64,000 nt of DNA. Source: Lytechinus pictus. Lineage: Eukaryota. This document shows positions 26,171 to 39,038 of this stretch, piece by piece; the first letter of the stretch is position 1; each line of letters begins with the position of its first letter. The DNA lies in the NCBI RefSeq assembly GCF_037042905.1, contig NC_087247.1:62372001-62436000 (forward strand). Reading direction: 5' to 3'. The notes under the pieces were generated by a model. It was not told the DNA's origin and made no database searches. It saw only the letters and a list, made by a program, of their open reading frames with translations. A program made the position numbers and the translations under genes.

Positions 26171-28949
26171 TAGTCCAGGATAGAAGAGGCATAACCTTGT
26201 TTTTTCATATATACAATATTTTTTCATGGTTTCTTGTCAATTCGAGGGTGCTGATTACGAATCTGAATGATGCCACTTGTGTAACCTTGAGCATTTTCCG
26301 CAAATTGGCAAAATCCAATATGGCCGCCAAAATATGCAAATTACCCATGAAAATCATAAAATTGCCAGCAGACTGGCTACAAAATGTATGTAATTGTGTT
26401 GCAGGAGTGAAATAATCTCTGAAAAAACAATTTTTGAAAAAAATATTTATTTTCTTCATATTCAAAATGGCCGCCATATACCCTATTATGTACAATGTGA
26501 ATAGGGAAAAATATTTTTCACAAAAATATTCCCTAAACTGCAAGTAATTGTGATATATGGACGAAGTAATGTATGTAAATCATCAATGTTAACAAGATAT
26601 ATAATTTATCATGTCACGTATGGGAAAATTGTTGTATTTTATATTAAAAATAGCCGCCACTGGCCCAAAAAGTATTATGTACTACAGCAAAGGGGGCAAA
26701 AACAAATCACAAGAGTTAGCACTAAAATGCATATTATTAAAGTAAACGAGTGGAATGCTGACTAAAAACATAATTGTTCACAAAATATATTATTTAATAT
26801 GCCATGTATGTGATAAATGTTGTATTTTGATATTCAAAATGGCCGCCAAAGGCCCTTAAAGTATTATGTACAATGGGAAAGAGGACCAATGAAATCACAC
26901 GAGTGAGCACTGAAATGCATTTATTTGTGATAAATAATTGGGATACTGTCTAAAAAAAACATAATTTTTAACGAAATATATCATTCAGGTTTCAAGTTTG
27001 TGTTATGATACTTTATTTTGACTTTCAAAATGGCCGCCATAGACATATATTGTATTATGTACAATGCGAACTAGGAAATCAATTTTCACAGGAGTGAGCA
27101 CCATAAATGCACGTAATTCTGATCTATGAGTAAAATATTGTCTGAAAGTACAATTTCCAACAAAATATATCAGTTCTCCTGCCAGGTAGGTGAAAATACT
27201 GGATTTTGAAAGTCAAAATGGCCGCTACAGGCCCTAACATTATTATGTACAATGTGAATGGGGACAAATGATTTTAACAGATTTTCGCTTTGCTTGACTA
27301 AAAGGTGGTGTATGATCTGAGTGAAATATTGTCTAAAAACATGATTACTCACGAAATATATCATATTATATAAAATTTATGTGATTAATGTTATATTTCA
27401 AAATTGAAAATGGCCGCCATATGCCCTTTTGTAAAAATTCTCTGTCCTCATTCAAATTGTACATTATACAGTAAGGGCCTATTGCGGCCATTTACGATTT
27501 CAGAATGCAGCATTTGCCACCTTAATTACACCAGATATGATATATCTCGTTAGTAACCATGGTTTTAGACAATATTTCACTCTTACATCACAATTATATG
27601 CAATTCTTATAGTCAAGCAAAGCCAAATTCTGTCGAAATTATATGTACCAAATTACAATGTACATAACACTTTTAGGGCCTATGACAGCCATTTTGAATT
27701 TCAAAGTACAGCATTTATTACCTCCATGAGCAACATGGGATGTATTTATTTAGAAATCATATTTAAGACAATATTTTTACTCATACATCACAGCAACATG
27801 CATATTTTATGATTACCACTGAAAATAAGTTTCCCTAAACGCATGTAGCATAATTTAGTTAAGGCTTGTAGCAGCTATTTTGAATGTCAAAATACAGTAT
27901 ATATCACTTACATGGCAGAAGAAATGCTATATTTCATAAAAATCATGCTTTCAAATAATATTTTACTCATACAAAAGGATTATATGGATTTCATAGTCAA
28001 GCAAATCCAAATTCTTACAAAATTACATGTCCCCATTTACATTGTAGATAATACTGTTAGGGCCTATAGGGGCCATTTTGAATTTAACAATACAGCATTT
28101 ATCTCATGCATGACTAGAGAAATGATATGTTTAGCTCGAAAACGTGTTTTCAGACAATATTTTACTCGTATATCACAATTACATGCATTTTATGTACTTA
28201 TTCTCGTGAAAATGAGTTTCTCCATTCGCATTGTACATAATGTATAATGGGCATATGGCGGCCATTTTGAATTTAAAAAATACAGCATTTATCACATAAA
28301 TTGCATCTCAAATATTATATTCCGTTAAAATTGAATTTTTAGCCAATATGCCACTCGCTTATCTTAATAATATGCATTTTAGTACTCACTCTTGTGATTT
28401 TCTTTTGTCCCCATTAACATTATACATAATACTGTCAGGGCGTTTGGTGGCTTTTTGAATACTAAAATGCTTCATTTATTACACACATGACATAACAAAT
28501 GATATATTTCGTTAGCAATCATGTTTTCATCCATTACTTCACAAAAAATCACAATTACTTGCATTTAGTGCTCACTTTTGTGAAAATTATTTTCCCCATT
28601 CATATTGTACATAAAGTTGAATACAGCGGTCTATGGCGGCCATTTTAAATATCAAGAAAATACATATTTTTTCAAAAATCGTTTTTTCAGAGAGTATTTC
28701 ACTCCTGCAACACAATTACATACATTTTATAGCCAATCTACTGGCAATTTTATGATTTTCATGGGTAATTTGCATATTTTGGCGGCCATATTAGATTTTG
28801 CCAATTTGCGGAAAATGCTCAAGGTTACATGAATGGCATCATTCAGATTCGTAATCAGCACTCTCGAATTGACAAGAAACCATGAAAAAATATTGTATAT
28901 ATGAAAAAACAAGGTTTGGACAATTTTCTATGGGGCCTATCCTGGACTA
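26171..28949. mobile_element. Large foldback-type non-autonomous DNA transposon, TAG...CTA ends (Academ-like)
   Basis: Outer TIR TAGTCCAGGATAG, 3-bp TSD TTA, long inverted arms built of ~190-bp CAAAATGGCCGCC subrepeats; superfamily inferred from termini/TSD only. Confidence 0.85.
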
Positions 28950-29338
28950 TTAGAAGAGTTTAAAAAAAGTACCAAATCTGTGTAAAAATACAATACAAAA
29001 ATGTTTTTAGGTCAACTGTTTCTAAGGATTGATATAACTTTGTGACCCTACACCACATTGGGAGGTCAACTATAAATAAACCATCCATGCCTTGTTTCAG
29101 TCATGAAAGACCAAACTATTTATAAGTAGATGGGCCTATCATACCATCTTCATATTGTTCAGAAGAAATCCACATTTTAGGCTCCAACTGACCAGTCCTC
29201 TTTTACAAGGCATATATAGCCTACTACATTATACTATGTAATTAGCTTATAATTTAGGAAAGGTGGTCGAACTATACAAAGAATTAAATAACCATATTAC
29301 CTTTAACCTAAATCTTTAAAAAAATGTAAAATTCGGTT

Positions 29339-31231
29339 TATTGTCTCGCCTGCGTAGCGGAGCGAGACATAGGTATCACTATTTCCGGCATCGTCGTCGT
29401 CAACAATTGTGTTGTACACCCAATAACTTTCTATAGCTTCGAGGTGGGATCACCAAATTCATACCAGAGGTCCATCTCCTGAAGGCACAGGTCAAGTTTG
29501 AATATGAGTCGAATTTGAATAAGGTCAAAGGTCAATGAACTTTCCATGACTGGCACTGTGCTGTGTTGTACACACAATAACTTTCTATAGCTTCGAGTTG
29601 GGATCGCCCAATTCATACCAGAGGTCCATCTCCTGAAGGCACAGGTCAAGTTCGAATATTAGTCGAATGTGAATAAGGTCAAAGGTCAATGAACTTTCCA
29701 TGACTGGCACTGTGCTGTGTTGTACACACAATAACTTTCTATAGCTTCGAGTTGGGATCGCCAAATTCATACCAGAGGTCCATCTCCTGAAGGCACAGGT
29801 CAAGTTTGAATATTAGTCGAATGTGAATAAGGTCAAAGGTCAATGAACTTTCCATGACTGGCACTGTGCTGTGTTGTACACACAATAACTTTCTATAGCT
29901 TCGAGCTGGGATCGCCAAATTCATACCAGAGGTCCATCTCCTGAAGGCACAGGTCAAGTTCGAATATTAGTCGAATGTGAATAAGGTCAAAGGTCAATGA
30001 ACTTTCCATGACTGGCACTGTGCTGTGTTGTACACACAATAACTTTCTATAGCTTCGAGGTGAGATCGCCATATTCATAAAAGAGGGCCATCTCTTGAAG
30101 GTGCAGGTCAAGTTCAAATGTGAGCCGAATTTGAATAAGGTCAAAGGTCAATGAACTTTCCATGACTGGCACTGTGCTGTGTTGTACACACAATAACTTT
30201 CTATAGCTTCGAGTTGGGATCGCCCAATTCATACCAGAGGTCCATCTCCTGAAGGCACAGGTCAAGTTTGAATATTAGTCGAATGTGAATAAGGTCAAAG
30301 GTCAATGAACTTTCCATGACTGGCACTGTGCTGTGTTGTACACACAATAACTTTCTATAGCTTCGAGTTGGGATCGCCAAATTCATACCAGAGGTCCATC
30401 TCCTGAAGGCACAGGTCAAGTTCGAATATTAGTCGAATGTGAATAAGGTCAAAGGTCAATGAAATTTCCATGACTGGCACTGTGCTGTGTTGTACACACA
30501 ATAACTTTCTATAGCTTCGAGGTAATATCGCCATATTCATAACAGAGGGCCATCTCTTGAAGGTGCAGGTCAAGTTCAAATGTGAGCCGAATTTGAATAA
30601 GATCAAAGGTCAATGAACTTTCCATGACTGGCACTGTGCTGTGTTGTACACATAATAACTTTTTATATCTTCGAGGTAGGATTGTCAAATTCATACAAGA
30701 GGTCCATCTCTTGAAGGTGCAGGTCAAGTTCAAATGTGAGTTGAATTTGATTAAGGTCAAAGGTCAATGAACTTTCCATGACTGGCACTGTGCTATTTTG
30801 TACACACAATAACTTTCTATAGCTTCGAGGTGGGATCGCCAAACTCGTAAAAGAGGTCCATCTCTTGAAGGTGCAGGTCAGGTTCGAATGTGAGTTGAAT
30901 TTGATTAAGGTCAAAGGTCAATGAACTTTCACACTACTTTGTTCCTCTAGTGACATGAACTTTATAATTTTATACTTTTTAACACTAACATTTTACTTCA
31001 GAACTCAGTACTCTCTATACCTGAACTAGATTTTGTATTTTACTTGTTTATTCTTTAAAAACTATTATTTATTTAATGAGCTATAGTTCTTGGCACCATT
31101 TATAATATTCACACAAATTTGCCAATGGTACAATAGAAAAGCTGTTTCTTAAATGTTACCCTTCATATTTGACATGCAGTCTCTTCATGACTGCAATATG
31201 CAGGCAAGACAACACTTGGCGTTTGCCTTGT
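29339..31231 (+). mobile_element. Helentron-associated (HINE/DINE-1/pearl-type) non-autonomous element
   Basis: Sub-TIR GTCTCGCCTGC (29343) / GCAGGCAAGAC (31200), 5' internal inverted repeat GCGAGAC, short (GTC)n, central tandem array, 3' stem-loop, T-rich flanks. Confidence 0.78.
29408..30930. repeat. 154-bp tandem array, ~9.9 units
   Basis: Unit starts at 29408, 29562, 29716 ... 30794 with exact 154-bp period. Confidence 0.97.
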
Positions 31232-34200
31232 ATTATTTTATAAGCAAAATGATGTAGAGAAATATGGAGCAGTCGTTAATATTATTGAAAACATCACGAT
31301 GGGTACATAATGAAGTTCAAATAATAAGAAAGAAAGTTTTGAGCTTACAGACATTGGTTCTGGTATTATAACCTGTTGAATATCTATTCTTAGAAAAGGT
31401 TTGTGAGCCTGGTATCTTTATAATGTTTAAATAAAATTTAAACTTATTGAAGACTAAATTGAAAGGGAACTTACAGCTACCACATGGTATGTTCTATTGA
31501 ATGTTTCATACTGCGACAAACTGAGAATAATATGTTCTCTTGATGGATTCTCAGTATGAATGATGAAATAACTAGGTCAGTCTACTGACATTCCTACCAC
31601 AGTCTTCACACAATGGCCATGTTCATATCTTTGAAGAAAAAAATGTGATCGTTTTAAATCCTGTCAAGTAATTTCTCATCCAAATACATGTATTCAAAAT
31701 CAGTAAGAAATAAAAACTATAGTCATTTATATAGTAATTTATGCACATTTTCTTTGCTTACACATTATCATAAGAGGATTTTTTAGTTCAGTCAACACTC
31801 AACAAATCAGATTACTAAACAAGATATGTTTTTCAAAATTATTGTTTGCACACCATTTGTAACTACCTCTTACCAAATCCATTTATATTCTACATTGGGA
31901 GATGACAAAAAAAGAAATTGAATATCATATTACTTTTCTCGGAAGCAATTTATATCTCATACAATAAATAAAACAGCTGAATATGTGGCAACTATTTGAT
32001 ATGAACAAGGGTTTTGATGATGACATTGGTGTCATGCCAAACAGCGAGTGACAAACCATCCTTCTTTTTTTTGCTTATTCTTCTACAGATAACTTTGTTG
32101 GGTGGAAGAAGTTTTGGTATGCTAGAAATAATATAAGGTGCAAAAGCATTTAACACACTTTTTCAGGAAAATAGTATTTGATTTCATTACCATGACAACA
32201 ACATCAAGAAACCATGCTTCTATAACTATAACTATTGATACAGTATTCATTGGAAGAACTTTAGGAATGTAAGTGTCAACATAACATGTAGTTCACATAC
32301 ATTTTGATAACAATGAATACCTTGCAAACAAGCTAAAATCAATATTCAATTTAGGACACCTGAAAAATATCACTCCTTTCCAAAAATAGAGATAAAAGTC
32401 AGTGTTTTTTTGCACGGGAGAAAACACAATTTTAATCTGGTTTCTTGCTCATCAACTCCTTTCTTTTTTAAAACTAATTAAAAATTTGTTTGGGGTGGTT
32501 GCCCCTATCCAAATGTACTGTAGCGCTGCAGCTGTTGGTGTGCAATTATCTTTTAAAAGTTCTCTCTAAATATAGACATGATGTCATTTCAGATACTTTA
32601 TAATTCATTTACATTATTATTCTTTGAAGTTGTATGCCAATAGTAAATCACCAACTGATACCTCTGTATATTTTTTTATTTGTAAGTCTTACATTCTTTA
32701 CAGAGCAGGTGGATGCAGAAGTTGTTTTGGCACACGGAGAAGATGATTTTAAAATGGTGTCAAATAACAGATGATGGCACAAATCTAGAAAACCTTGACA
32801 TTAATTTAAGGTCTGTTCATTTACATGTTATAGTGTAAGGATAAAATGAAGAGACAAAATGGGGAGGGCGTAATCACCCATAATCATCAGTAATGTTATT
32901 CACATGACATTTATTCATGTTTGGTCTAAACCTCCTTTATCTAACTTTCAACTGGGCTATCTTCGTTTTGGATAAATACTCTTAGGCAATGTTGTAATCT
33001 CTCTGACATTTTGACAGGCTAATACAAATTATCTTGAATATGAATATTGTCATAATTGAGATTAAAAGGATATTAGTCAAACTGGTTACAAATCAGACAA
33101 AGTTGTAAAAAAGAGATGCAGCTGCAGACCACAGCTTTGACTTCTACAACAAATTTAGATCTAAATCTAATTGTGATCACTTTAACAAAGTAATTGTCAA
33201 AATAGAGAATTAAGTGAAAATAATGTGTATAAAAAACTCTGCTTTCACCAATTCTGACTGCATCCTAATCAAAGGGTTTTGGAGTTTGAAGACCACACAA
33301 TGACACAACATTCAAATACTTTGGAAAGAAATTAAATTTCTACAAATTTAAGAAAATCACTAAGTCATGAAGGCCTAAGCTGAAATATGTTTCTGACAAC
33401 TATATGGAAGATCTTGATTGGTAAATAGAGCACTTACAAACTACTTCTGTCATGGAAGATTTGTAACGGCACATGCATGAGATAACATACCATGACATAC
33501 CTTTGTACGTTGCAATTCTATGTTTTAAAAAGGTCTTCAGAAACAATCTAAGTTCACTGTCTGGTGGGAGCCACCTGTCTGGATTAATGAGTGGTAATCA
33601 TAACCTGGGCATCTGGGACTTTTCATTTCCCATCTCTCTCATTTATGTTAGATTTTGACACCCTTAATACTCATTACAAATATAGTCCCTAATGCAGTTG
33701 ATATATGTTTCATATCACAAATATATGACATAAATATAATTGCATTTGCCAATTTCTATCTTTTTTCTCCCTTTTTTCTTTATTTCATTCATTTGTTTTT
33801 ACCGGTTTTCTCCTGAGAAGCAGTATTAAACATATAGACCTACCATTAAACATTAACCTTGATTATTTGTAGATAATACCATGTTCTCTTGTAGGATGTT
33901 TTGGAGGTTGAGGGGAAAAAGATATAATTGAGGAAAGTGTTAGCTGTCATTCCTCATCAAGGTACCCCTTTCTATCCCAGGGTTCTAGTCATGTAGTCTT
34001 CTTTACCAGACACCAGAACATATATGTTGGAATAATGTAGTGGCTTACCTTCATAGTGAGTTCCCAATCATACATATCTTTACATGGTTTGTACAGCAAA
34101 CACAAGCAAGCCAAAGCTTGTAAATACAATGAGCCAGACATTTATTCAATAACTAAATAAAACAGAAGAAACTTTATTATGTTAAAAGACATTTGTTTAT

Positions 34201-34294
34201 TAGCCATGTGAAAAAAATTCAGGTTTTTATTTTGAAGGACTACTCTCCTGTATGGAAGTCATTAATATCTGTATAAGCTAGAAAATATGAAGAT

Positions 34295-34993
34295 GGGCAG
34301 TTCCACTGTTACGGAGTGACATTCAGAAACAAGTTTTTAGCATTCAAACAAAGATATCACCCACATTTAAATAGTTATTTGCAAAAAAATGGTACCTGAC
34401 AGTAGTTGCTGAAATGCGTTTTTCAAAATAATAACATTTGTTATTTTGATCCGCTGAATTAATGAGATATGAATATTCATAATCATGGTTACGGAGTGAC
34501 GTAAAATGGACTTTAAATGGCTATCACAATGTTGAGTTATTGATTGGATTCTATGTTGTTCTAGCTTTAATATGCTGCATTTTTTCATTAATTACAACTT
34601 AAAACATAAACCCATACCTGGTTACGGAGTGACATCTGAAATATTCACACACAGGCAACGTAAAATGAACTTATATTTTAAAATTTTCTTTTGATATGAT
34701 GTAAAATGATGACCTTCAGATTATTCAAAAGAAAATTTTACAAAACAAGCAATAGTTTTCTGTTTAATTGAAATTAAGTAAAAAACAATATATGTGGTCC
34801 CATATATAGAACTGTTTGTATGGTTTGGATTCTCCTATAAGGAGATGCATAAGAAAAAATATTTGTGGCTAATTATGTTTCACTTTTGTATTTATGAAAT
34901 CCCATATGAGTTTTAATAGACAAATTTGATCAAGATTTGAAATAGAGCCAATATCAATTTTTGGAAAATGTCCACTATTGCTTGGAATTGCCC
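34295..34993. mobile_element. Non-autonomous DNA transposon, Sola2-like
   Basis: TIR GGGCAGTTCCA / TGGAATTGCCC, 4-bp TSD AGAT, three internal GTTACGGAGTGAC repeats. Confidence 0.72.
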
Positions 34994-35229
34994 AGATCAA
35001 TGATTTAAAAGATATTATCAACCTTACAAATGGAGCTGTTGCTTTGTTTTATACAACTGCTTGACTTGCTATTACATGATTATTACGTAACAGGTCTGTT
35101 GACCTTAAATGAATTTCACCTTGATTTGGTAGCATGTTATTCATACCTGATAACTGTCTCATTAAATTTCATGAAATTTGATAAGATGCATTTGATTTGT
35201 TTTAATATCAAGTTTTATTGATGTAGATT

Positions 35230-35582
35230 GACCTAAATAACCTTTAACATTAACATAGTGACTAAAAATCCTATACAGGTGATTATCGACACTTACAAAC
35301 CCTATCAACATTTCATTGAATATGGATTTATAATTTCAATCAAAAATATTAATATTTGGTTCAGGTTTTGATAAAGCATGATAAAATTCTGTTGACCTCA
35401 AGTGACCTTTTAACTTGAATGGTTCAATGAAATTCATACCAACTGCTCAGGCACACTTGATAACCTAAATGTTATATATGTAGCATCTTATACTTTCAAA
35501 GTCATGATGACATTTCAAAACCTTAACCAAAGGTTAAGATTTTGCAGTGTTTATATTTCATGTATGCTATGCAGGCAAATAT
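35230..35582 (-). mobile_element. Possible decayed HINE-like remnant
   Basis: Clustered TGACCT motifs and a terminal TGCTATGCAGGCAAA resembling the GCAGGCGAGAC sub-TIR. Confidence 0.3.
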
Positions 35583-37861
35583 AAGAAATGTTTAACATTA
35601 CTGTAATAAGATACATTTCCATATAAATCAGCATCAATTCGTCCTTATTAGGCCTTTAATTAAGTGCAGTAGCTAGGAGCTCTGAGTCTGAGTCATCAAG
35701 ACTACAGGGTTACCCCCTGCAAGGTTATACTTGATGAGCTCTGATTGACATATTATCAAAGTGAGACACAGTTAACGAAGGCAAACTACTGTTTCGTATT
35801 TCACACCAAATTTTCACACTCAAATAAGGGCCCATTTACACTGAATAACACAAGCTCTAAATGAAAAATACAAACATTCACAATAATACATTTAGTAAGA
35901 TGCAAACATTGTTGATGCGTCATTAATATTTGTTTTAATGAAGTAAGTGTGTCTGTGATAAAATCAATTTCACAGAAAATATGTGTGTGCATTTACACAA
36001 CAAAAGTTTGGGACAGATTTCATAAACACATCTAACATAAACATATTACTGATTGTTATTTAGGGGCAGATCTGGATTGACATGGGACAGTGGTGTACAA
36101 TAATTTTTTGCCAAGCACATTTTTAAAATTCAAAGGTAAAAAAAGGAACAAATTGCCCCCTCCTCCCCCAAAAAAGAAAGGACCCTTTGGCTTTCTGTCC
36201 CTGGTGTTACATTCTTTAAGGCAAAAGTGTAGAATCTAGAATGTGAGGAAAACTGCAGGTTTTCTGTTTCTAGTGTATATGCTCCACATGAAATTTTGTT
36301 GGTTCATTTTTTTTCTTCTTCACTTTCATTTTATTGTAGTCAACATGCACAGAAGTCAAAATGAAAAGCAGCTGTTTGATATAATCCCTGATAAATGAGA
36401 TGCTAACATTAAAAAAAGGACAATGAAAATTTGAAAGTAAAAGCTAACAAACCCAACTAGTTGAATTGTATTACATCACACAAATTTCTGATTTCAAAAG
36501 GTCTTTTGATTTGTTTTAAAGACACATTTATGTAATCCTTTTAATCTATTTTTCCTTTTAAATCTCAACTAGTCTTTGCTTTATACTTCATCTAGAAAAC
36601 TACAAGACACTCATAATGTCTAAGGACAAAGATTAAGGGATTAACATGACTAATGAGTAACAAATTTTGGAGCCATCAAGTAAAAAAACAAAAAACAAAA
36701 CAAGCCATGTTGTAATCAAACCCGTGTTCATATAAAATGTGAGAAGTCTGCTTTAAACTCCTTATTTTCTTTTTCTGTTGTTGTGTTTTAGTCTTCTTTA
36801 TGTATTTCAGTCTAATTCAGCTGCCCCCCAAAAAACAAATGATCACAAATAATGTTAATAAATAACATTCATGCCATGCAAACTGGAAAAAGTTCTCATT
36901 GAAACATATGGTTTTAAATTTCCCTCTTACTAATATGATAACAGATACAAAACAGACATTTTCTATTCTTATCACCTTTTCATAACTTAATTAACTTTTA
37001 ACATTAAGAAATATTACTTTAGTCAATTAAACAGATAATATAAGATCATCATGAAAAATGAAAACAGTTTTTTTTTCTAAGGCAAGTGTATTGACACTAT
37101 TCTTATGAATATGGACCGTAAAATATTAAGGAGTATAATTTATTTTTCAAACTACATGAAGTTGCTTAGTCCACATACAAGGCAACCTGTCAAATTTTCA
37201 TCAGGTTTATTTTCCTGTGTGTGAAGACCCAAAAGTTAGCCTTACTCAATAGTCACAATATAGCCTTAACCAAAACTGAACATCATAGCAAAACATAAAC
37301 AGTGTAACAATGTCATTTATACTGATGTACTGTAATTATAAGAACAATCTCAAATCTTTAACGTATTCTTGGCAAAATACTAATTTCAATGCTACAAAAA
37401 CAAGATAATATTGCTTCCTGCTACCAGTAAAACGAAGGCAGTAATTTATGGTCTATACTATTACAAACCATGTATTCTCATGAACACTTTAATAATCTTT
37501 TGATTACATTCATTTGTATGCATGAATGATGATACATGAATTCAATCATGTCAGTTGCATCAGATAATCCTGAAAGATATCATCCATTTCCTTATTTCTT
37601 TGTTATCTTTGGTGTCATATTAGTTACTTCCTATGTCAATAACATGATATGTCAGACTCATTTGTTAGACCTGAAAGGGTCTGTTTCTGTTTAATATTCA
37701 AGCAGTCATGACCTTTGACTTAGACCATTAAAGGATTTGGGGACATGAACTCATCATATACCTCATTTTCTCCCATCTGCCCCAGAAATGAGCATCAATC
37801 TTAAAGAGAAAATACAACCTCAAATAATTTTTTTTATTCATCTAAAACAATGAAGATCAAC

Positions 37862-38160
37862 ATATATCTGTATCTGTCCGTTGACGTACAATCACCAGCA
37901 TCTGGTTGGGTTTAGGGGTCAAGCGCTGAACACAGTTAATTTTGGTAGTGTGCTTTTGAGACGAGGGTGTTTACGTCCAAACTTTCAAGTTTGAGTTTGA
38001 GTACTCCTACGTCTTTAGAATTTCTGATATCCTCACCAAGAAGGTTCCATTCTGGGATGGTCTTGGGATACAGGGAGTGTTGGTAGCAGTCTTTATTTGA
38101 TCTTATAACGTTGTATTTGAGAGTTCCCTTTTGTCTGGTTCGATATCTACAACTGGTTGT
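37862..38160 (-). mobile_element. 3' fragment of a CR1-group LINE
   Basis: RYRTR...YQHSLYPKTIPEWNLL ORF2 C-terminal pattern followed by CAGATACAGATA tail. Confidence 0.7.
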
Positions 38161-38279
38161 ACAACACATGTAAATAGGGTATAATGTCAACAAATACAGT
38201 ACTTGATCCATGTACAGAACATTTTTTTTATTTCAAATGAGCTACCATTGTTTTGTGTTGTTATATGCCACACTTTGCT

Positions 38280-38399
38280 TATTCCTTATAATTTCAATCT
38301 TTTATATTGTAAAAACTTTTTGTAATTCGGCTCTGTGCTGTGATGGAAGTTTTTTATCTGAATAAACCATTTTGAATTGAATTGAATTGAATTGAATTG
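38280..38399 (+). repeat. Probable LINE 3' tail with (TTGAA)n
   Basis: AATAAA followed by five to six TTGAA units. Confidence 0.5.
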
Positions 38400-39038
38400 G
38401 CAAAATAATGAATTAAGTAAAAAAAATTTGGATTATACATTACATATTTTTAACCTATATTGTGAGGGTTTTTCTGAAATTAAAATTGTGTATTTGGGAT
38501 GCATAAATCATATCCCAATGTCTGAAATCATAAAGAATTTGTTTATTTTGTCATATCCTAACCTTTTTCTTCTGATGTTTGTATTCTCCCTAAGAATCCT
38601 TTAAAAATAAAAATTCTCCCCGACCTGAAACACTATGCTTCAGCGAAAATTAAACAGATTCCCAAGGTAGATACACACAAAAGAAAAACCTTCCATCAAT
38701 AACATCTTCTTATCCTCAAAACAGGTGCATCAAAGTCATATTTTCCCTTTTATCATTTTCTCCTTCTCCATTTTTTTGGTCTGTTGTCAGAGTGATTTGC
38801 AGGCATCATCAATTTTCTTGAAGTATCATTTTTTTCAGTCAGGGCCTAAAGATTAAGAACCAGCTGTAAGCTACTGTAAGAAGTAAATGTGAAGGCTTTA
38901 AAGGAAGATTACTTCACTCAAAAATGTATTTACTACTAGACCTACTGGGAACATAAAGCTGTACAAAGATCATCCCAGACCATTTGTAAATTATTCAATA
39001 GGGAAATAAAAAAGTCCCATTTTTCATTCCATTCACTT

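Noticed and set aside
26197-28912. Mirror-image ORFs on both strands
   Set aside because: Products of the foldback inverted arms; no transposase motifs
29408-30930. CRISPR array, or protein-coding repeat (series of 72-83-aa ORFs)
   Set aside because: Eukaryotic context, no cas genes, variable halves are homologous; the period 154 is not a multiple of 3, so the ORFs are frame-shifting artefacts with a stop in every unit
31470-34155. Other minus-strand exon-like segments (near 31.5, 33.4 and 34.05 kb)
   Set aside because: Stops in frame, wrong phase or no signal/domain character; cannot be supported without transcripts
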